In this document: positions 50,334 through 60,894 of the stretch, in pieces
Position numbering within the stretch: position 1 is the first letter of the stretch
Layout of the letters: each line of letters opens with the position of its first letter
NCBI GenBank assembly: GCA_965215185.1
Contig: OZ244034.1
Coordinates: forward strand, 160,001-224,000
Direction of reading: 5' to 3'
Origin: Acidimicrobiia bacterium
GTDB taxonomy: Bacteria; Actinomycetota; Acidimicrobiia; Spongiisociales; ZC4RG35
DNA length: 64,000 bases
The notes under the pieces: model-generated
Databases searched by the model: none
What the model was told of the DNA's origin: nothing
What the model saw: only the letters and a program-made list of their open reading frames with translations
Made by a program: the position numbers and the translations under genes

Positions 50334-51563
50334 CTATTGGCCGGTTGGGACCCGTCGGTGTCGCCGGGCCGAGAGGGCGAAGGCCAGGCCGATCACTCCG
50401 TAGCCGGCGTAGGATACGGCCAGTGGCGTGACCGATCCGGCGATGGCACGGTCGACGAAGGTGGCCAGCACCGCACCGCCGCCCAACGTGACTGTGCCGA
50501 TAACGGCGGCGGCCGTCCCGGCCAGTTCACCCATGGGCTCCATCGCCTGAGCTTGGATCAGCGGAATGACGAGTGTACGGAGCGCATTGATCACGGTGAC
50601 CAGAGCAAACCAGGCCAAAAACGCTGGCCGCCCATCGGTTTGCCACGACAATAGGGTGACCGCCACCGACAGTGTCACCGCCGAGGGCAAGGCTATAACG
50701 ATCACCCGGTCGGCGCCGACCATCTTCACCAGTCGGCTCCCAGCGAAGATCACTGCTCCCATGAACAGGCTCATCCCGACGATGTAATAAGCAAACTGGT
50801 CGCCCCGGTGGTACACGTCATCGAAGAGGAGTTGGATGCTCCCCAGAAACGCACTGAAAGAGGCGAAGTCGAACATGATCGCCAGTGCCGATCTGGTCGT
50901 CACCCGGTTGGTGAAGACCGCGGCAATGGCGTGGCGGGTGCGGGCGAGGGTGAGTGGGCGCCGCTTGGCCGGAGGGAGGGACTCCGGAAGCCGGATGAAC
51001 TAGATCGCCAGCACCAGTATCCCGGCTGCCGGGGCAGCCATGACCCAGCGCCACGACCCGAAGCTCAGCACGGCCTTACCGAGCAGGGGAGCGAAGGCCG
51101 GGACGACCATGAACACCGAGGCGACCACCGCCAGAATCCGGGCCAGTCGATCTCCTTCGTACAGGTCACGGCCGATTGCCAGAGCCAGGGCACGAGGTCC
51201 GGCTGCACCGATGCCCCAGATGAAGCGGCTGACGATCAGGACCCCGAAGGTTGGGGCGAGGGCCGAGCCCAGGGCGCCGAGAACGTAGAGGCCAAGGCCT
51301 GTGTAGAGCACGGGTTTGCGGCCGAACCGGTCGGTGAACGGACCGTAGAACAACATGGCGCTGGCCACGCCCAGAAAATAGAGGGTGACCGTCAGCGAGA
51401 CCCTCGGCGAGTCCGCAGCGAGACCGAACCCCACCCGGATGTCGGTGAAGGCCGGAAGCGTCATGTCGATCCCCAGCGCCATAGTGGCGCTGATGGCGGC
51501 CAGCATGGCGATGAATTCCCGCTGGGAAATGGTACGCGGTCGCCGCCCCTTGCTGGTCGTCAT
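50334..51563 (-). pseudogene. Bcr/CflA-type MFS transporter interrupted by one in-frame TAG
   Basis: IDMTLPAF, GPFTDRFGRKP, then LAI*FIRLPESLP. The stop at 51000-51002 is in the same frame as the downstream half. Confidence 0.85.
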
Positions 51564-51873
51564 AATCGGTTGGTCGGGATCAGGGGGCCTCTCCAGGATC
51601 AAAGGGCGCGGCCAGCTAAAAGGAGAAGACCAAGGGCTCCACGCGGTGGACACTCTGAAGGCGCAGTTGCGCCGCCAGGGTGATTGGAAGGCTACCGTAG
51701 CCGGGCCGCATGGCCAGCTATGTGAAATAGACGCGGTACTCAGTTAATTGTTGTAACCCCGAGACCTTCCCCGATCCGGCCGTCCTGGCCGAGATGGCCG
51801 GCAGTTTGCGGCATAGTCTCAAGGACAGGCACTGGAGAATTCTCTCGAACTGACGGAAGAGGCGGACGTAATA

Positions 51874-52253
51874 GTGAAGATAAACCTCAACCAGCGTGTA
51901 TGTAAATGACCAGGGCAAGGCCCTCAGGTGCTATACAAAGATCCTGGGGTTCAAGAAGCACGACCTTCCGGCAGGGATTTCAAGTGGTTGACGGTTGTCT
52001 CACCCCAAGGACCGGATGACATCAAGTTGCTTCTCGAACCCAACGACAACCCGGTTGCCAAGAGTTACCAGGAGGCGATCTTCGAGCAGGGCATACCCCA
52101 AGCGGCGTTTGCTGTTGAAAATATCCAAGCAGAGGACGAGCGATTGAAACGGCTGGGCGTGGTATTCACGATGGACCCAACGGCACAGGGCCAGTCATGC
52201 TAGCCATTCCTAATGACAGCTGCGGCAACCTCATACAGCTGTATCAGATCTAG
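51874..52253 (+). pseudogene. Frameshifted VOC/glyoxalase family gene
   Basis: Fragments SVYVNDQGKAL, WLTVVSP...LLLEPN, GVVFTMDP and CGNLIQLYQ lie in shifting frames. Confidence 0.75.
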
Positions 52254-52270
52254 CTTTGGCGCTGTGACTG

Positions 52271-52942
52271 CTAGACCGAAGACGGTGCTCGCCCGTCGTG
52301 GGAGCGAGTAATGATGCCGAATAGATCCAAGAATGTGACCTCAAGAGCCTGCCGGATGGTTTCCGCGGCTCGGTCACCGTCCTGTTCCAGGCAGGCGGCA
52401 TAGAAGGCGGTTGCCACTGCTTTCGACTCATCGTGTCTCGAGGCAGCCATCAGTGTCCGATGGGTATAGCGACGCGAGCGATCGTAAAGCTCCGCGGTCT
52501 TTTGCAACAGGCTGGGACGATCAGCGGCTTCATAACAGACAACACGCATCTCCCATGCAATACCCACCAAACCCTCACTGTCTCGCTGTTCTGCGGCCGC
52601 CTGGAAATTCTTGAGCTTCTGCTCCATCAGACGCAGCGACCGGCTCGACAACCGGGGCGCGCCCAGTCGAGCCAGCCACGATTCAAAACCCATCCTGGTT
52701 AGGTACAACTGTTCGACCTCATCAAGGGACAGCGCCGATACGTAGTTGGCGGCATTCGGACGCGCGTCTATCAAACCTTCGTGTGCCAGTTCCCGTAGAG
52801 CGGCGCGAACTGGCGTGACACTAACGCCGAACTGTTCAGCGAGATCTCGGTAGCGCACCCGGATGCCCGGTTCGAGGTCTCCTGCGACTATGAGATCCCT
52901 TAGTTCTTTCGTGATCCGTTGTTCAATCGTCCAGTTGTACAA
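52271..52942 (-). CDS. GntR-family (FCD) transcriptional regulator
   Basis: LRDLIVAGDLEPG, LAEQFGVSVTPVRAALRELAHEGL. Confidence 0.9.
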   Translation of the reverse strand: MYNWTIEQRITKELRDLIVAGDLEPGIRVRYRDLAEQFGVSVTPVRAALRELAHEGLIDARPNAANYVSALSLDEVEQLYLTRMGFESWLARLGAPRLSSRSLRLMEQKLKNFQAAAEQRDSEGLVGIAWEMRVVCYEAADRPSLLQKTAELYDRSRRYTHRTLMAASRHDESKAVATAFYAACLEQDGDRAAETIRQALEVTFLDLFGIITRSHDGRAPSSV

Positions 52943-52963
52943 CTTGCCGCACCTTTCGTTGAG

Positions 52964-54316
52964 TTATCGATCAGTCTTGACTGGCGCTGGATACAGCATA
53001 TCGGACATTTCGTCTAGGACAGTAAACACGGCTTCGGTGACGAATTCGAGGTCCTCTCTGGTGGACACATAGGGAGGGGCTACGTGCAGAATGCCCTCTG
53101 ACATCCGAGCTGCGGCACAACCGATCCTCATTAGCCGTCGAGTGAGCTCTCGAGCCACTTCGTATTTGCCCCGAATTCCTGTCGCGTAGGATTCGCCGGT
53201 CACCGGATTGACAAGTTCGATTCCGACCCAGAGGCCGAAGCGGCGCATGTCTCCTACGATCGGGAGCTTTCGGACTCCGCTCAGCATGTTGAAGAGGTCC
53301 GTTCCCAGGGATTCTGCGACCCGATCCATTCGCCCTTCCACAAATATCTCCATGGCCTTGGCGCCTGCAGCTGCGCTGGCGCCGTGACCCCCGTAGCTCT
53401 GGACCGAGGGAGAGCCCGTGTCGTTGCCAAAGGCCGAGAAGACGTGCTCACGGACGATCATCGCAGCAACAGGAGCGTATCCGCCGCTCAAAGCCTTGGC
53501 CACAACCATCACATCGGGCACTACGTTCCAGTGTTCGATTGCCCACATCCGGCCGCTGCGACAGCAACCTACCAGTGTTTCGTCGATGATCAGCAATACA
53601 CCGTACTCGTCACATATCTGTCTGACCCGTGGCCAGTAGGTCTCATCAGGAATCCGGAACTCGGTAATCGCCACCGGCTCACCGATCACCGCTGCTACCG
53701 TTTCCGGTCCTTCCAGTTCGATGGTGTCTCGGATCTGTTCAGCGAACTGAAGGTCCGAAACTCCCGTCGGCGGCATGACGTGAACTGCTCCCGGCATCAG
53801 GGGGTAGTACATGGCATCGCGGTGTCGACGACCCGACATGGCCAACCCGCCTGCACCGGCGCCGTGATACGACCCATAGCGGGATATGACCTTATAGCGA
53901 TGGTGATCGCCTCGCATGCGGTGATACTGGCGGGCCAGCTTGATGGCGGTCTCGGTGGCTTCTGAACCAGAACTGGTTAGGAACGAGTGTTGGAGATCGC
54001 CCGGCGCGGAGGCAGCAAGCCGCTCAGCCAGTTCCACCGCCCCTTGGGTGGTGAAGAAGATCGGCCCAGCCGTAGCCACCTTGCGGGCTTGGTCGGCCAT
54101 TGCTGAAGTGATGTCGTCACGACCATGCCCCAGGGGCGTCTGCCACATCGACGAGCAGAGGTCAAAGTAGCGACCACCCCGAGTATCCCAAAGCCATGGG
54201 CCTTCACCCCGTTCAAAGACCCTGAGCATGTCGTGATCCACCAGTTCGGATCGAGGACTTTCGTGGATCCATAGATAGTCGAGGGCCCGTTTTTCGAGGG
54301 ACCTCTCTGCGGTCAT
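52964..54316 (-). CDS. Class III omega-amine aminotransferase (taurine/putrescine-pyruvate AT family)
   Basis: RGEGPWLWD, SGSEATETAIKLARQY, SYHG, LLIIDE, AKALSGGYAP. Confidence 0.88.
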   Translation of the reverse strand: MTAERSLEKRALDYLWIHESPRSELVDHDMLRVFERGEGPWLWDTRGGRYFDLCSSMWQTPLGHGRDDITSAMADQARKVATAGPIFFTTQGAVELAERLAASAPGDLQHSFLTSSGSEATETAIKLARQYHRMRGDHHRYKVISRYGSYHGAGAGGLAMSGRRHRDAMYYPLMPGAVHVMPPTGVSDLQFAEQIRDTIELEGPETVAAVIGEPVAITEFRIPDETYWPRVRQICDEYGVLLIIDETLVGCCRSGRMWAIEHWNVVPDVMVVAKALSGGYAPVAAMIVREHVFSAFGNDTGSPSVQSYGGHGASAAAGAKAMEIFVEGRMDRVAESLGTDLFNMLSGVRKLPIVGDMRRFGLWVGIELVNPVTGESYATGIRGKYEVARELTRRLMRIGCAAARMSEGILHVAPPYVSTREDLEFVTEAVFTVLDEMSDMLYPAPVKTDR

Positions 54317-55881
54317 GCCCTTACACCGGTTTTGGGCTTCCGCTCGGCAAAGTAGTCCTCAAGCACAAAGGCCGCCCGGAAGGCCGTGTATTCGTCAAAG
54401 TGGCGGGCAACGATCTGAACCGAGGCGGGCAGGCCATCGGCGTCCAACAATCCGGGCAATGAGACTGCCGGATGGCCGGAAAGATTGAGCGGCGATGTGT
54501 TGAAGGCCACACTGGCTTTTGAGTCTGCCAGCAGATCCTCGATCGGGGTGGGGGCCTTCGGCAACTTGGGGGCTGTGAAAGGTATGGTCGGTGTGATCAG
54601 CAAGTCCCACGCATCAAGGAGTTCGCTGATGCTTCGTCGCGATTCCAGTCGTGCATTGTGCAACCGTGCGTACGGAACATTCATGTACCGCTCCATCAGA
54701 TACCGGCTGGCAATGGTCCAGCACTTGACGTAAGGATTCAGTTCACGGGATTGGGCACGCCGACTGGTGGCAAAGGCATGCAACCGATCAACATCGATGT
54801 ATCCCATGTGACCGTGGCTGCCTCCCTCGGTCCGCAGCATATTGCCCACCAGGTGGGCCACATAGGGGCCGAATATTCTGTGGGCTTCGCTCCACATGGG
54901 AGCCGATATCCGTTCAACGTGGGCACCGGCTTGCTCGAGTGCATGTATGGCTTCCTTCATCGTCTCGACCACTGCGGGCTGGCAATCGGCATCCGTGATG
55001 CTCTCCTCGATGACGGCGACCCGCAGATCTGCTACGCCGTCCTGTTCAGCACGCCGGTACTCGGGGATATCGATAGGAATGTGGATCCCCTGCGGGTCAC
55101 GCCAGTCCTCTCCAGCAATCACCTCCAACAAGATGGCGACTTCCTTTATCGACCGGGCAAGTGGTGTGACAAAGTCGATGGTGCGGTCTATCGGCGTCAC
55201 CCCGAAAGTGGGGATAAGGCCGTGAGTGGCCTTGACGGTCGCAATCCCGCAGCAGGCGGCGGGTATACGCCCGCTGCCGCCCTGATCCACTCCCAGAGCT
55301 GCGTTGACCATGCGTGATCCAACAGCCGCTCCTGCGCCTCCCGACGATCCTCCGGCGGTTCGCGATGGGTCGATCGGGTTCCTCGCCGGACCGAAGGCGC
55401 TCATAACCCCGGTTGCTCCTCCACCGTGGTCGTCCATGTTGAGCGTTCCTACGATCGAGCCTCCGGCTTTGAGGATCCTTTCGACGACTACCGAGTCCAG
55501 CGTCGGTGTGAACGGGGTAAGAGCAGATCCGTTGGTCATCGGCACACCGGCCACCGCGATGTTGTCCTTCACCCCCAAGCGCCAACCCGCAAGAGGACCA
55601 TGTTCGGCGCCTGCCACATCGCAGACCCGGATGAATGCGTTCAGGGGGTCCTCACTCGCAGACGGCCGACGACCCGGATCGCGCGAAGTCGCATAAGTGG
55701 AGAGGGCGGGCTGGTCGAACCTATCGGCGTCTGCTGCCGCCAGCACCAAGGCGGTAATGATGCCGGACAGGTCTTCGGCTTCCGACTGGGCGAGCTCGAT
55801 TCCATCAAGAGCTGCTGTTTCTGCGATGTCGATGAGCGACGGAGGCCGCACAGTCTGGCGATTGCGTTCCTGTCGAGTCAT
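54313..55881 (-). CDS. Amidase signature family enzyme
   Basis: GVKDNIAVAG, GGSSGG, DQGGSGRIPA (Lys-cisSer-Ser triad), NLSGHPAVSLP. Confidence 0.92.
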   Translation of the reverse strand: MTRQERNRQTVRPPSLIDIAETAALDGIELAQSEAEDLSGIITALVLAAADADRFDQPALSTYATSRDPGRRPSASEDPLNAFIRVCDVAGAEHGPLAGWRLGVKDNIAVAGVPMTNGSALTPFTPTLDSVVVERILKAGGSIVGTLNMDDHGGGATGVMSAFGPARNPIDPSRTAGGSSGGAGAAVGSRMVNAALGVDQGGSGRIPAACCGIATVKATHGLIPTFGVTPIDRTIDFVTPLARSIKEVAILLEVIAGEDWRDPQGIHIPIDIPEYRRAEQDGVADLRVAVIEESITDADCQPAVVETMKEAIHALEQAGAHVERISAPMWSEAHRIFGPYVAHLVGNMLRTEGGSHGHMGYIDVDRLHAFATSRRAQSRELNPYVKCWTIASRYLMERYMNVPYARLHNARLESRRSISELLDAWDLLITPTIPFTAPKLPKAPTPIEDLLADSKASVAFNTSPLNLSGHPAVSLPGLLDADGLPASVQIVARHFDEYTAFRAAFVLEDYFAERKPKTGVRA

Positions 55882-55925
55882 GGTTTCTCCCTAGCGTCTT
55901 TGATCACTGATATCTGTCGACCGCC

Positions 55926-56717
55926 TTACTCGCGGGTTCCCACTATTAGATGGACAATGTCGGCGGTGGTCGTCTCTTCTTTTCGACGTGAACCCACTAT
56001 CCGACCGCCCCTCATGACCACGATTCGATCAGCCACCCGAAACACGTGGTCGAGGTTGTGGCTGACCACGATGATTGACACTCTCTGTCCCTTCAGACCT
56101 TCAATGATGTCCAGTACCTTCTGGCCCTCCTGCACTCCCAGGGCCGCCGTCGGCTCGTCCAGAATCATCAGCCTTCGACCAGATCTGAACGAACGGGCAA
56201 TCGCCACCGCCTGACGTTGCCCACCCGACAATGAGGCTGTTCTAGCTCTGACATCGGGCACATTTATGGCCAGGGAACCGAGGAGTTCTGCCGACTCCCG
56301 TTCCATCCGTCGTCTGTCTACCCTGAGCCACCTGGTCGGCACCCGACCCAGAAACACGTTTTCGGCTACGGTCATATTGTCGGCAAGCGCCAGGTTCTGA
56401 TAGACCGCCGTCACTCCCAACTGCAAGGAATCTCGGGTAGTACGGAAAGCAACCTCCCTCCCGTTCAGCTCCAGAGAACCCGTATCCGGTTGTATAGCAC
56501 CTGTCAGAATCTTGACCAGGGTCGACTTGCCGGCGCCGTTGTCACCAACTATCGCTACTGTTTCCCCCGCCTCGACTTGAAAAGTAGCGTCGATGAGGGC
56601 GCGGACTTGACCGTACGACTTCCAGACGCCCTTGGCAACCATCACCGGCTGGGTGGACTGGCCTCCATCACCTTTACCGTTGGGTCCATTCATGCTCTGT
56701 GAAAGGGAAGCCATCAT
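55926..56717 (-). CDS. Sugar-type ABC transporter ATP-binding protein
   Basis: GDNGAGKST, LSGGQRQAVAIAR, LDEPTAALG, SHN. Confidence 0.92.
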   Translation of the reverse strand: MMASLSQSMNGPNGKGDGGQSTQPVMVAKGVWKSYGQVRALIDATFQVEAGETVAIVGDNGAGKSTLVKILTGAIQPDTGSLELNGREVAFRTTRDSLQLGVTAVYQNLALADNMTVAENVFLGRVPTRWLRVDRRRMERESAELLGSLAINVPDVRARTASLSGGQRQAVAIARSFRSGRRLMILDEPTAALGVQEGQKVLDIIEGLKGQRVSIIVVSHNLDHVFRVADRIVVMRGGRIVGSRRKEETTTADIVHLIVGTRE

Positions 56718-57742
56718 CGCCTTCCCAACCTCGGTAGCAGTTCTCTAAGGTCCATTTCGCCCTTGATTATCTTGTCCACCAAAACCGCGGCCAAGATCAG
56801 AGCACCGACTGCGACCTGCTGCCAGAAAGGATCCACTCCCAAGAGAATCAAGCCGTTTTTGATGGTGCTGATAAGGATGATCCCCAACAGGGTGCCAAAC
56901 GTATTGCCAGCGCCACCATTAAGCGATGTACCTCCGATTATCACCGCCGCCACCGCATCGAGTAGTGACTCCGACCCAAAGGACCCATGGCCGGCGTTCA
57001 GTCGGGCACTCAGTACGAGCCCTGCAAGTGTACAAAGCATCGAACTAGCAATAAAGGCCAGCATCAAGACTCTTCTGACACTTATACCCACTAAGCTGGC
57101 CGCCTCTCGGTTACCACCAGTCGCGTACAGTTCTACGCCGTATCGTGTTTGGCTTAGCACCAGTTGCACGAGCACCGTCACAGAAAAGAAAATGATTACA
57201 GGTAGTGGAATCACACCTATACGACCGTGACCCAGGACTTTGTATGCTTCTGGGAATCCACCAATTGTTTGTCCGCTGGTCATTACAAAGGCAAGGCCTT
57301 GTAGTACCCCTAGCATTGCCAGTGTCACGATAAATGACGGGATCTTTGTGAACAGAGAAAAGTATCCGTTTAAGTTACCGACGATTAGACCCATGGCTAG
57401 AACTATCAGGACGCCAGCCCAGATTGATAGCCCTCGTTGGATGATAAGTAGTGCAGCGAGCGTTCCAGCCAAGGCCTGAGTGGAACCGATCGCCAAGTCA
57501 ATCTCTCCCCCGATCAACAAGATAGTGAACCCAACAGCCATTATCCCCACCACAGAACTCTGCAATGCGATGTTGGTCAGATTTTGTACTGTCATGAAGT
57601 ATGGGCTGGCAAAGCTCAGGACAGTCCAAAGGAGCAGAACGGCAGCTAACAGCGCTACGAGTTGCCGGTATTTACTTAAACCATATCGCAACGCTGGGAA
57701 CCGTCTAGTATTCACTTGTGAAGCCTGAGTTGCGTCAACCAC
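56714..57742 (-). CDS. Sugar-type (RbsC-like) ABC permease
   Basis: IDLAIGS, IPSFIVTL, GGNREAASLVGI, AAVIIGGTSLNGG. Confidence 0.92.
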   Translation of the reverse strand: MVDATQASQVNTRRFPALRYGLSKYRQLVALLAAVLLLWTVLSFASPYFMTVQNLTNIALQSSVVGIMAVGFTILLIGGEIDLAIGSTQALAGTLAALLIIQRGLSIWAGVLIVLAMGLIVGNLNGYFSLFTKIPSFIVTLAMLGVLQGLAFVMTSGQTIGGFPEAYKVLGHGRIGVIPLPVIIFFSVTVLVQLVLSQTRYGVELYATGGNREAASLVGISVRRVLMLAFIASSMLCTLAGLVLSARLNAGHGSFGSESLLDAVAAVIIGGTSLNGGAGNTFGTLLGIILISTIKNGLILLGVDPFWQQVAVGALILAAVLVDKIIKGEMDLRELLPRLGRR

Positions 57743-57810
57743 AGAAACTCATTGACCTTTCAATCCGGACCTTTTTTTACCTACGCAACTCTAACAGTGC
57801 AAGGTAAAGC

Positions 57811-57861
57811 CAATGGCTCCCTCCCACCGCATCCTCTTGGATTGGTAGGAGAGAGCCATTG
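57811..57861 (-). terminator. Stem-loop between the SBP and permease genes (terminator or mRNA stabiliser)
   Basis: CAATGGCTC / GAGCCATTG arms, extendable with mismatches. Confidence 0.6.
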
Positions 57862-57890
57862 CCACATGATGGGTTAGGAGTTGTCCGTGC

Positions 57891-58952
57891 TTAGCACCCA
57901 GCCGCCGCGGCTTCCAGTGCTGTTTTGAGGTCAACACCGCTTACTACGGCTGGTTCTGAACCGTCTAGTACACCTTCCGCGAACGCCTGGTCGACGACAA
58001 CCATTCCAATCGCGATGAACTCGTCCCCGGGGTCCTCTCCTCTGGCGATCTTCACGGCCGCCTCAACAGCCAGGTAGCCAGCCGGATAGAGCGGTTGGAT
58101 CACCGTGAGCGCCTGCCTGCCCTCGAGAATATTCATAAGGCCTTCGCAGGTACCACCGAGGCCGGTCAACACCGTGTCCTTGTATCCCAACTCTTCCATC
58201 GCGGTAAGGGTCGCTCCGGCAAGGAGGTCATGCAAGCCGACGATGATGTCCACATCCGGATTGGCGGTCAGCAGAGACCTGGCTGCGTCGAGACCCGCGG
58301 CGCGGTCCCAGTTGGTGGGTGGGGAAACAACCCTCTCGACATCGGCCAGTCCACCGGCTTCCAGGCCATCTTCGATTCCCGCATATATAGCGGCAATCGA
58401 TTCATCAGCCTGGTTGGAGTCAATGAAAGCGAGTTTCGCCGGTGCGGGCTCGTAAGCGGCGAGCCAATCACCGAGTGGTCGGCCCATGTCAGCACGATAG
58501 TCGTAACCTATCTCGATAGCACTGACTCCCTCAGTAGCACAGGCAACCGAACATACCACCGGAATTCCTTGTTCATTCAAGGCGAGAATCGCAGGCGACA
58601 GGGCTTGGGCGTCAATCGTGTCATAGACGATCACGTCAACACCTGCAGCCGCATAATTCTCGATTGCCGCTACCAGATCTTGGGCGCTACCGCTACCCGT
58701 CACCAAAAGTTCGACACCTGCATCGGCGGCAGCGTCTTCTGCGCCGGTCTTCAAAGCAAGGATCAATTCATTCTGCGTGAAGTCCGGAATCACCAATCCG
58801 ATACGGATCGGCGCCTCGGGCGCGGCGGTCGTTGTGGGCGCCGCGGTTGTGGGCGCCGCGGTTGTGGGCGCGGGCTCATCCTCACCGCAGGCTGCCGCCA
58901 GCATGGCGAAAGCGATGGTGACAGCAATGAAATAGCGCAGTTTCTTAGGCAT
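57891..58952 (-). CDS. Sugar-type (RbsB-like) ABC substrate-binding lipoprotein
   Basis: Lipobox LAAAC, PTTAA linker, periplasmic binding protein type I pattern (NWDRAAG, ANPDVD, QP). Confidence 0.88.
   Translation of the reverse strand: MPKKLRYFIAVTIAFAMLAAACGEDEPAPTTAAPTTAAPTTTAAPEAPIRIGLVIPDFTQNELILALKTGAEDAAADAGVELLVTGSGSAQDLVAAIENYAAAGVDVIVYDTIDAQALSPAILALNEQGIPVVCSVACATEGVSAIEIGYDYRADMGRPLGDWLAAYEPAPAKLAFIDSNQADESIAAIYAGIEDGLEAGGLADVERVVSPPTNWDRAAGLDAARSLLTANPDVDIIVGLHDLLAGATLTAMEELGYKDTVLTGLGGTCEGLMNILEGRQALTVIQPLYPAGYLAVEAAVKIARGEDPGDEFIAIGMVVVDQAFAEGVLDGSEPAVVSGVDLKTALEAAAAGC
58831..58871 (-). repeat. Perfect 15-bp tandem repeat encoding APTTA
   Basis: GTTGTGGGCGCCGCG at 58831 and 58846, with a partial copy at 58861. 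Confidence 0.85.
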
Positions 58953-59062
58953 CTATTTAATTCCTTTCGTTCAGGAGTGACATGGTTGAGCATGTCGCCC
59001 CCAAGGTTTTTGCAGAGCAGCAGAGATGGTTAGCAAAAGCCGACCTTTCCGCTTGCTTCACA

Positions 59063-59082
59063 ATATGTATTTGGTAACATAT
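59063..59082. promoter_or_regulatory. Candidate operator palindrome in the divergent promoter region
   Basis: ATATGT-N8-ACATAT in an AT-rich patch. Confidence 0.4.
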
Positions 59083-59243
59083 AACCTGCATGGTAGTGAA
59101 CCACCTCTGGCCCGGTCAGGGGGTGACGCAATATTTTTTCCCCTCCCCGACCTCGGACTTGTGCCCTTTACTCCGAAGGCAGAGCGGATATCCGCTGCAA
59201 GACGGGTTAGTTGAGAGCTTGACTCAAACGGATTAGCCGGAAC

Positions 59244-60809
59244 ATGTTTGACCTCCTTATTCGTGGCGGCGCCGTTCTCGACGGTACCGGCGGTGAGCCC
59301 ATACAGGCCGATATCGGCATTGTGGGCGACCGTGTCGTTGCGATAGGGGACCTGGCCGACAGCCAGGGTGAGGAACTGGACGCAACCGGATTGTTTGTCG
59401 CCCCGGGATTCATCGATATCCACAGCCACTCTGACTACACCCTTTTGGCGGATCCCCGGGCAGTCAGCGCCATCTACCAAGGAGTCACCACGGAGGTTGT
59501 GGGTAACTGCGGCCACGGGTGCTTTCCGATCAGGGATCCGGATCTGGCACTGAAGGCCATATATGGATACTCGGAGTCGGTTGCTCTTGATTGGGACTCG
59601 GCCTCGGGGTACTTTTCCCGACTCGAGCGGGCAGAGCCGGCTTTAAACGTTCTGAGCATGGTCCCCCATGGTCAGCTTCGTTTGGCCGTCGTAGGCCTGA
59701 CCGACCGGCCATCGACAGAAGGGGAACTGGAGGAGATGTCCCGACTTCTGCGGACGGCACTTGATGAGGGTGCATGGGGGCTGTCGACGGGCCTGGAATA
59801 TGCCACCGAAGCGGGCGCTTCCGAGTCGGAGGTCACGACACTTTGCAAGCCGCTGGCCGAACGGGACCACCTCTACGTCTGCCATGCCAGATACCGGGAC
59901 GCAGGGGCGCCCGAAGGGGTTGCCGAGGCCATCAGGACTGCCAGAGCCGCCGGCGTAAGACTTCAGGTCTCGCATCTGGTTCCCCGCAGTGGCGATGCGG
60001 ACATGGAACAGTGCCTGGAGCTGGTCGATGAGGCCCACCGAAGCGACCTGGACATCGCCTTCGATCTGCATACCCGCCTGTTCGGGTTCACCTACCTCTA
60101 TTCGGTGCTCCCGCCATGGGCCTTGGCGAACGGCCTAGACGAACTCACCTGCGTGCTGACGAGCCAGGACGCACGCCGGCGAATGAAGAGTTTCCGCAGC
60201 ATTCTCAGTGCGGGCGGCGACTGGGACCGCATAGTGCTGCTGGACCACGACGCCTACCCCGACTACGGCCGGCGGTCAATCAGATCGATTGCTGCCGAGC
60301 GGGGACAAGAGGCCCTGGATTGTATCTACGACCTGCTGCTCGGGGCGATCGAAACGATGGAGTCGCTCATGGTCCTGATTGACTGTCACAGCGCGGATCA
60401 ACACCGCACGGCTTTCACGCATCCGCTGTCGATGCCGGCCTCTGACGCCACCACCATGGCTCCGGACGGTCCTTTGGCCGGCAAGACGTTCCACGGCGCC
60501 TACACCTGGGCTTCCTACTTCTACAACTTCTCCGTCAACCAGGAGGGACTCTTAACACCGGGCGAAGCAGCATACCGGTTGTCCGGTCTTCCGGCGCAGC
60601 GCCTCGGGCTGCGTGACCGGGGCGTACTGAGGACGGGCGCCTTCGCTGACATCGCGGTGTTCGATCCAGCAGGTTTTCGCGAAAAGGCGACCCGGTACGA
60701 GCCGAATGTCCTGGCGGAGGGAATGGTGCATGTACTGGTCAACGGCAAGCCCGTGTTGCGGGCCGGTACGCTCTCGGGGGAGAGGTCCGGTCGGGTGCTG
60801 CGAAGATGA
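59244..60809 (+). CDS. N-acyl-D-amino-acid deacylase (D-aminoacylase) family
   Basis: APGFIDIHSHSD, GVTTEVVGNCG, GLSTGLEY, SHL, ADIAVFDP. Confidence 0.92.
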   Translation: MFDLLIRGGAVLDGTGGEPIQADIGIVGDRVVAIGDLADSQGEELDATGLFVAPGFIDIHSHSDYTLLADPRAVSAIYQGVTTEVVGNCGHGCFPIRDPDLALKAIYGYSESVALDWDSASGYFSRLERAEPALNVLSMVPHGQLRLAVVGLTDRPSTEGELEEMSRLLRTALDEGAWGLSTGLEYATEAGASESEVTTLCKPLAERDHLYVCHARYRDAGAPEGVAEAIRTARAAGVRLQVSHLVPRSGDADMEQCLELVDEAHRSDLDIAFDLHTRLFGFTYLYSVLPPWALANGLDELTCVLTSQDARRRMKSFRSILSAGGDWDRIVLLDHDAYPDYGRRSIRSIAAERGQEALDCIYDLLLGAIETMESLMVLIDCHSADQHRTAFTHPLSMPASDATTMAPDGPLAGKTFHGAYTWASYFYNFSVNQEGLLTPGEAAYRLSGLPAQRLGLRDRGVLRTGAFADIAVFDPAGFREKATRYEPNVLAEGMVHVLVNGKPVLRAGTLSGERSGRVLRR

Positions 60810-60894
60810 CGCCCAGGCGGGTTGAGCAGCCAGGACCCCCCGCGCCGGCAGAACGCGGTGAGGAAAACGCCATACCTGCCGAGGAACACGTGAC

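Noticed and set aside
49110-50654. 514-aa antisense ORF over glpK
   Set aside because: Same shadow effect. The minus-strand gene carries all glycerol kinase motifs.
51620-51680. GGAGA...GAAGGCGCA resembling a glycine riboswitch
   Set aside because: No CTCTCAGG segment, no second aptamer and no glycine-related gene downstream
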